NCBI GenBank assembly: GCA_038881595.1
Contig: JAVZPM010000002.1
Coordinates: 1 to 64,000 of the forward strand
From: Candidatus Micrarchaeia archaeon
Lineage (GTDB): Archaea > Micrarchaeota > Micrarchaeia > CABMEP01
Length of the DNA: 64,000 nt
Direction: 5' to 3'
A program made the translations under genes and the position numbers. Every line of letters begins with the position of its first letter. Position 1 is the first letter of the stretch. Shown here piece by piece: positions 61,122-64,000 of the stretch. The notes beneath the pieces were generated by a model. It was not told the DNA's origin. It worked only from the letters and a program-made list of their open reading frames with translations, and did no database searches.

Positions 61122-62249
61122 TCATTTCAAATATTCTTGCAATTCTTTTTTCATATTCTCTATGTTTAGAATAAAATCAGCGTATCCTATCCATTCTCCA
61201 TCTTCAAAACTATACATGTCACTGTCACTTATCACGATCATTAATTCATTTATTCCATTTTTTAAAACAGGCAGTTTAATCTCTTTTCCTATCTCTCCCA
61301 TATATGAACCATCTTGCGGTTCAATTAGTTCAGCCCCATTAAGAAGATTAATTTGAGAGCTATTATTTATTTTATATTGAGAAAAGGCAACTACACAATG
61401 TCCTAGCGAAGGTTCTTTTAGATAACAAACAACATAAGGATAAATATTTCCTGGTTTAAGCTCTTTTGCTTCTACATCTCTAATGAACCAGGTATTTCTA
61501 TTGTTTATGAAATATCTATTACCGTTTTCTATTGGAATGTATGACTCAATAATTATCTTTTTATTGCTGCATTTGCTTAATACATTATTCATTTCTGCCT
61601 TAAAAAACAGGGAATAATCTTCACAATCGCCCCCTTTATTTGCAATAAATTCTTCTAATGAACTTAGTTTATCTTTTTTATTATAAAGAGAGGTATCTGA
61701 AATATACTTCAGCCCATAAAATTCATCATTAACCAGATAAAAGCAAGCAGTTTTGATTCTGCATTCATCAAAAACTATTTTATAGCATTCTGTTTTAAGA
61801 TCGCTTATTAGGCTTGTTTTTAGGCTATTATTCATCTTTTCAATATTTGAATTTTGAGAAAACCAGCTCATGGATTCATTTATTTTTTGTGAATATTCAT
61901 CTAACTTTGCTAATAATGCATTTGCTTCATCTTTCAGTTGTTCATATCTGCTTCCTAAAAGAGTATAATTTTGAGTCAACATCTGATATTCATTTTGCAG
62001 CTTAGAGTAATTTTCTTCAGTTTCACTAAGCTTTTTTTTCAAATTTTCATTTTTTTCTAAAGCAGATTGAAGAGAAGTGATAAGTTGTTGCTTTTCTGAA
62101 TTTAATTTCTCTATATTTGAAGTTGTATTTTCTACATATTTAAGATGCAGTTCTCTAAGGGAATTGTAACTGTTGAACTGATATATATTCAATAAAATAA
62201 GGAAGAGAACTGCGACTGCAAGAATTTTTTCATTTTCCATTTTATTCAA
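61122..62249 (-). CDS. Membrane-anchored coiled-coil protein with transglutaminase-like Cys domain
   Basis: N-terminal TM, coiled coil, GGDCEDYS, GHC, IEPQ. Confidence 0.75.
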   Translation of the reverse strand: MNKMENEKILAVAVLFLILLNIYQFNSYNSLRELHLKYVENTTSNIEKLNSEKQQLITSLQSALEKNENLKKKLSETEENYSKLQNEYQMLTQNYTLLGSRYEQLKDEANALLAKLDEYSQKINESMSWFSQNSNIEKMNNSLKTSLISDLKTECYKIVFDECRIKTACFYLVNDEFYGLKYISDTSLYNKKDKLSSLEEFIANKGGDCEDYSLFFKAEMNNVLSKCSNKKIIIESYIPIENGNRYFINNRNTWFIRDVEAKELKPGNIYPYVVCYLKEPSLGHCVVAFSQYKINNSSQINLLNGAELIEPQDGSYMGEIGKEIKLPVLKNGINELMIVISDSDMYSFEDGEWIGYADFILNIENMKKELQEYLK

Positions 62250-62263
62250 CTTTTAATGTTTAA

Positions 62264-62336
62264 TAGCCCCGACCGGATTCGAACCGGTGTCTCGGGCTCC
62301 AAAGGCCCGCATACTTGACCGCTATACGACGGGGCT
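62264..62336 (-). tRNA. tRNA-Gln(TTG)
   Basis: AGCCCCG/CGGGGCT acceptor stem with A1-U72, CGGGC-CTTTGGA-GCCCG anticodon arm, GGTTCGAATCC T-loop. Confidence 0.95.
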
Positions 62337-62381
62337 ATACAATTATTTATAGCTAATCAAAATTTTAAATACTTGCTTATT

Positions 62382-62909
62382 TCACCAAGGTACACTTTTG
62401 AGCTTTAGTTTATATGCAATTATATTTGACAAATAATGAATTATTAAAGTTATTATTGCCAATATTGATAGTATTATCAAATCAAATTCCTTTGGTAAGT
62501 ATGGAGAAGCAAATAAAAGTGCAAAAACATAGAAGCTAAGCTGATCAAGAATTGGGACAGATTTTCCACTCTTTACATTTATTCTTCTTTTTATAAAGCT
62601 ACCAACCGCATCTCCAGTCATTGTACCGACTGAAAGCAGAAATGCAACCAGGACGTGGGTTTCAAATGTAGAATACATATTAAGGATGCCTAAAAACCAG
62701 GTAATTATTCCAATAATCGTACCAGTTAAAATTCCAATAAAGAATCCAGTCCATGTTTTTCCTTTCCCCAATATTCTCCTGCTGTCATAAAACTTTACTC
62801 CATAATCCATCGGTGTTTTGCTTGTTCCAGTTTTGAATAAAACTGGTGCTGCGTTCGCAAAATATGCAGGAAGTATGAATATAATTGCCTTAATAATTAA
62901 ATCAATCAT
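62382..62909 (-). CDS. carS: CDP-archaeol synthase
   Basis: LPAYFANAAP, P.D.G....D.RR.LG.GKT..G, GD..GSFIKRR, P.LDQL, LK..PW. Confidence 0.92.
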   Translation of the reverse strand: MIDLIIKAIIFILPAYFANAAPVLFKTGTSKTPMDYGVKFYDSRRILGKGKTWTGFFIGILTGTIIGIITWFLGILNMYSTFETHVLVAFLLSVGTMTGDAVGSFIKRRINVKSGKSVPILDQLSFYVFALLFASPYLPKEFDLIILSILAIITLIIHYLSNIIAYKLKLKSVPW

Positions 62910-62970
62910 TTTTTCACTTATTAGCATTAATAGCATAAATATTTTTAAATATACCAAACAATCTATTAAT

Positions 62971-63894
62971 ATGCGATCAACACAACACATAATAAAGCAA
63001 GATGGTGCAACCACTATCAGTGCTGGAACAATAATTCTTTATATAATTGCAATATTAGTTATTGCAATGTTCCTTCTCAATTTCTTATCAGTTGTAGGAG
63101 TTGGAGGGTGCGTTGGGGTAATAGAGGTAAATGGAGAGATTTCCACTTCTAAAGGATATGGATTAGTTTCTTCATCTGAAATTATTAGTTTGCTTAAGGA
63201 AGTAGAATCCAGGCCAGATATAAGAAGTGTTGTTTTAGTAATGAATACTCCTGGCGGTTCAGCAGTTGCTTCTAATGAAATTTATTTATATCTAAAAGGC
63301 ATGAAGAAGCCAACTGTTACATATATAAGTGAAATGGCAACTTCCGGAGGATATTTCATATCTCTTGGAACAGATTATATCTATTCAAATCCCTATGCAG
63401 TTACAGGGAGCATAGGTGCAAGAACTGGGTGGGTCATTGACATGTCAAGATGGCTAAATAATACAGGAATAAATATGAGTGTGATAAAAAGCGGAGAGAT
63501 GAAAGATTCCGGTGATATTTATAGACCTATGACAGAAGAAGAGAAAAAAGTATTTCAAGAAATAATTGATGAAATAGGAGGTTCTTTCCTCAATCTTACA
63601 ATATCAGAAAGATCTAAGAATGCAAGATTTAGCCAGAATTCCATATCTTTAATATCTGACGCAAGGATATTTACAGGAAAACAAGCATTTGAAATTGGAT
63701 TGGTTGATGAACTTGGAACAAGGCAAGATGCAATAAATAAGGCTGCAGCAATGGGAGGATTAGACCAGAGCCCGAGCATCTGCGTTCTTGAGACAAAGAA
63801 AGATTTCTTAAGTACTATGTTTAATGAGATGGGAAGAGGTATAGGTGAAACTTTAAGCAATAAGTTATCATTTAATAGTCTTCGTATACAATAA
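62971..63894 (+). CDS. sppA: Signal peptide peptidase SppA
   Basis: NTPGG, ATSGGY, TGSIG, KSG..KD, GLVDELG. Confidence 0.92.
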   Translation: MRSTQHIIKQDGATTISAGTIILYIIAILVIAMFLLNFLSVVGVGGCVGVIEVNGEISTSKGYGLVSSSEIISLLKEVESRPDIRSVVLVMNTPGGSAVASNEIYLYLKGMKKPTVTYISEMATSGGYFISLGTDYIYSNPYAVTGSIGARTGWVIDMSRWLNNTGINMSVIKSGEMKDSGDIYRPMTEEEKKVFQEIIDEIGGSFLNLTISERSKNARFSQNSISLISDARIFTGKQAFEIGLVDELGTRQDAINKAAAMGGLDQSPSICVLETKKDFLSTMFNEMGRGIGETLSNKLSFNSLRIQ

Positions 63895-63948
63895 ATATCA
63901 ATAAATATAAATAGCCTAGGATAAAAGGCAATCTAACCAAGTGAGAAA

Positions 63949-64000
63949 ATGGGAAAAAATAAGAAAAATGCATTTATATTCACAACAGATGCATTTCTTG
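63949..64000 (+). CDS. 5' end of a probable class III signal peptide protein, truncated by the window edge
   Basis: GTGA SD, then MGKNKKNAFIFTTDAFL. Confidence 0.45.
   Translation, partial: MGKNKKNAFIFTTDAFL

Noticed and set aside
62818..63014. Apparent overlap of carS and sppA
   Set aside because: The ORF-caller starts are overextended; the likely starts at 62909 (-) and 62971 (+) leave an ordinary short divergent promoter

Overview
Gene-dense, AT-rich archaeal chromosome segment. The gene content suggests a DPANN archaeon, plausibly Micrarchaeota; this placement is an inference from archaeal-type aaRSs, Cdc6, PCNA, Alba, CarS, many class III signal peptide proteins and GTGA-type Shine-Dalgarno sites. 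Most genes are housekeeping: gltX, pheST, aspS, rnz, cdc6 and pcn flanking a candidate origin, smc, lig, tmk, ndk, dcd, tpiA, trxB, tldD/pmbA, carS and sppA. The window also holds an ABC exporter, a type IV pilus locus, two tRNAs (one with a BHB intron), an IS5-family element and a 1616-aa Cys-rich surface protein. Highlights: (1) a bacterial MEP-pathway IspD-IspF fusion, while the archaeal MEMO1-fni-gltX cluster here lacks mvk and ipk; (2) a 547-aa LAGLIDADG intein inside the SMC Walker A motif; (3) apparent ACG and ATC start codons for fni and pcn; (4) a CBS plus HPF-like hibernation-factor candidate; (5) a second, divergent T4P-type ATPase head-to-head with the pilus operon; (6) an IS inserted next to an orphan copy of its own right end; (7) a 212-bp identical tract shared by two paralogous permeases. 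All product calls come from motifs recognised by eye; no searches were run.
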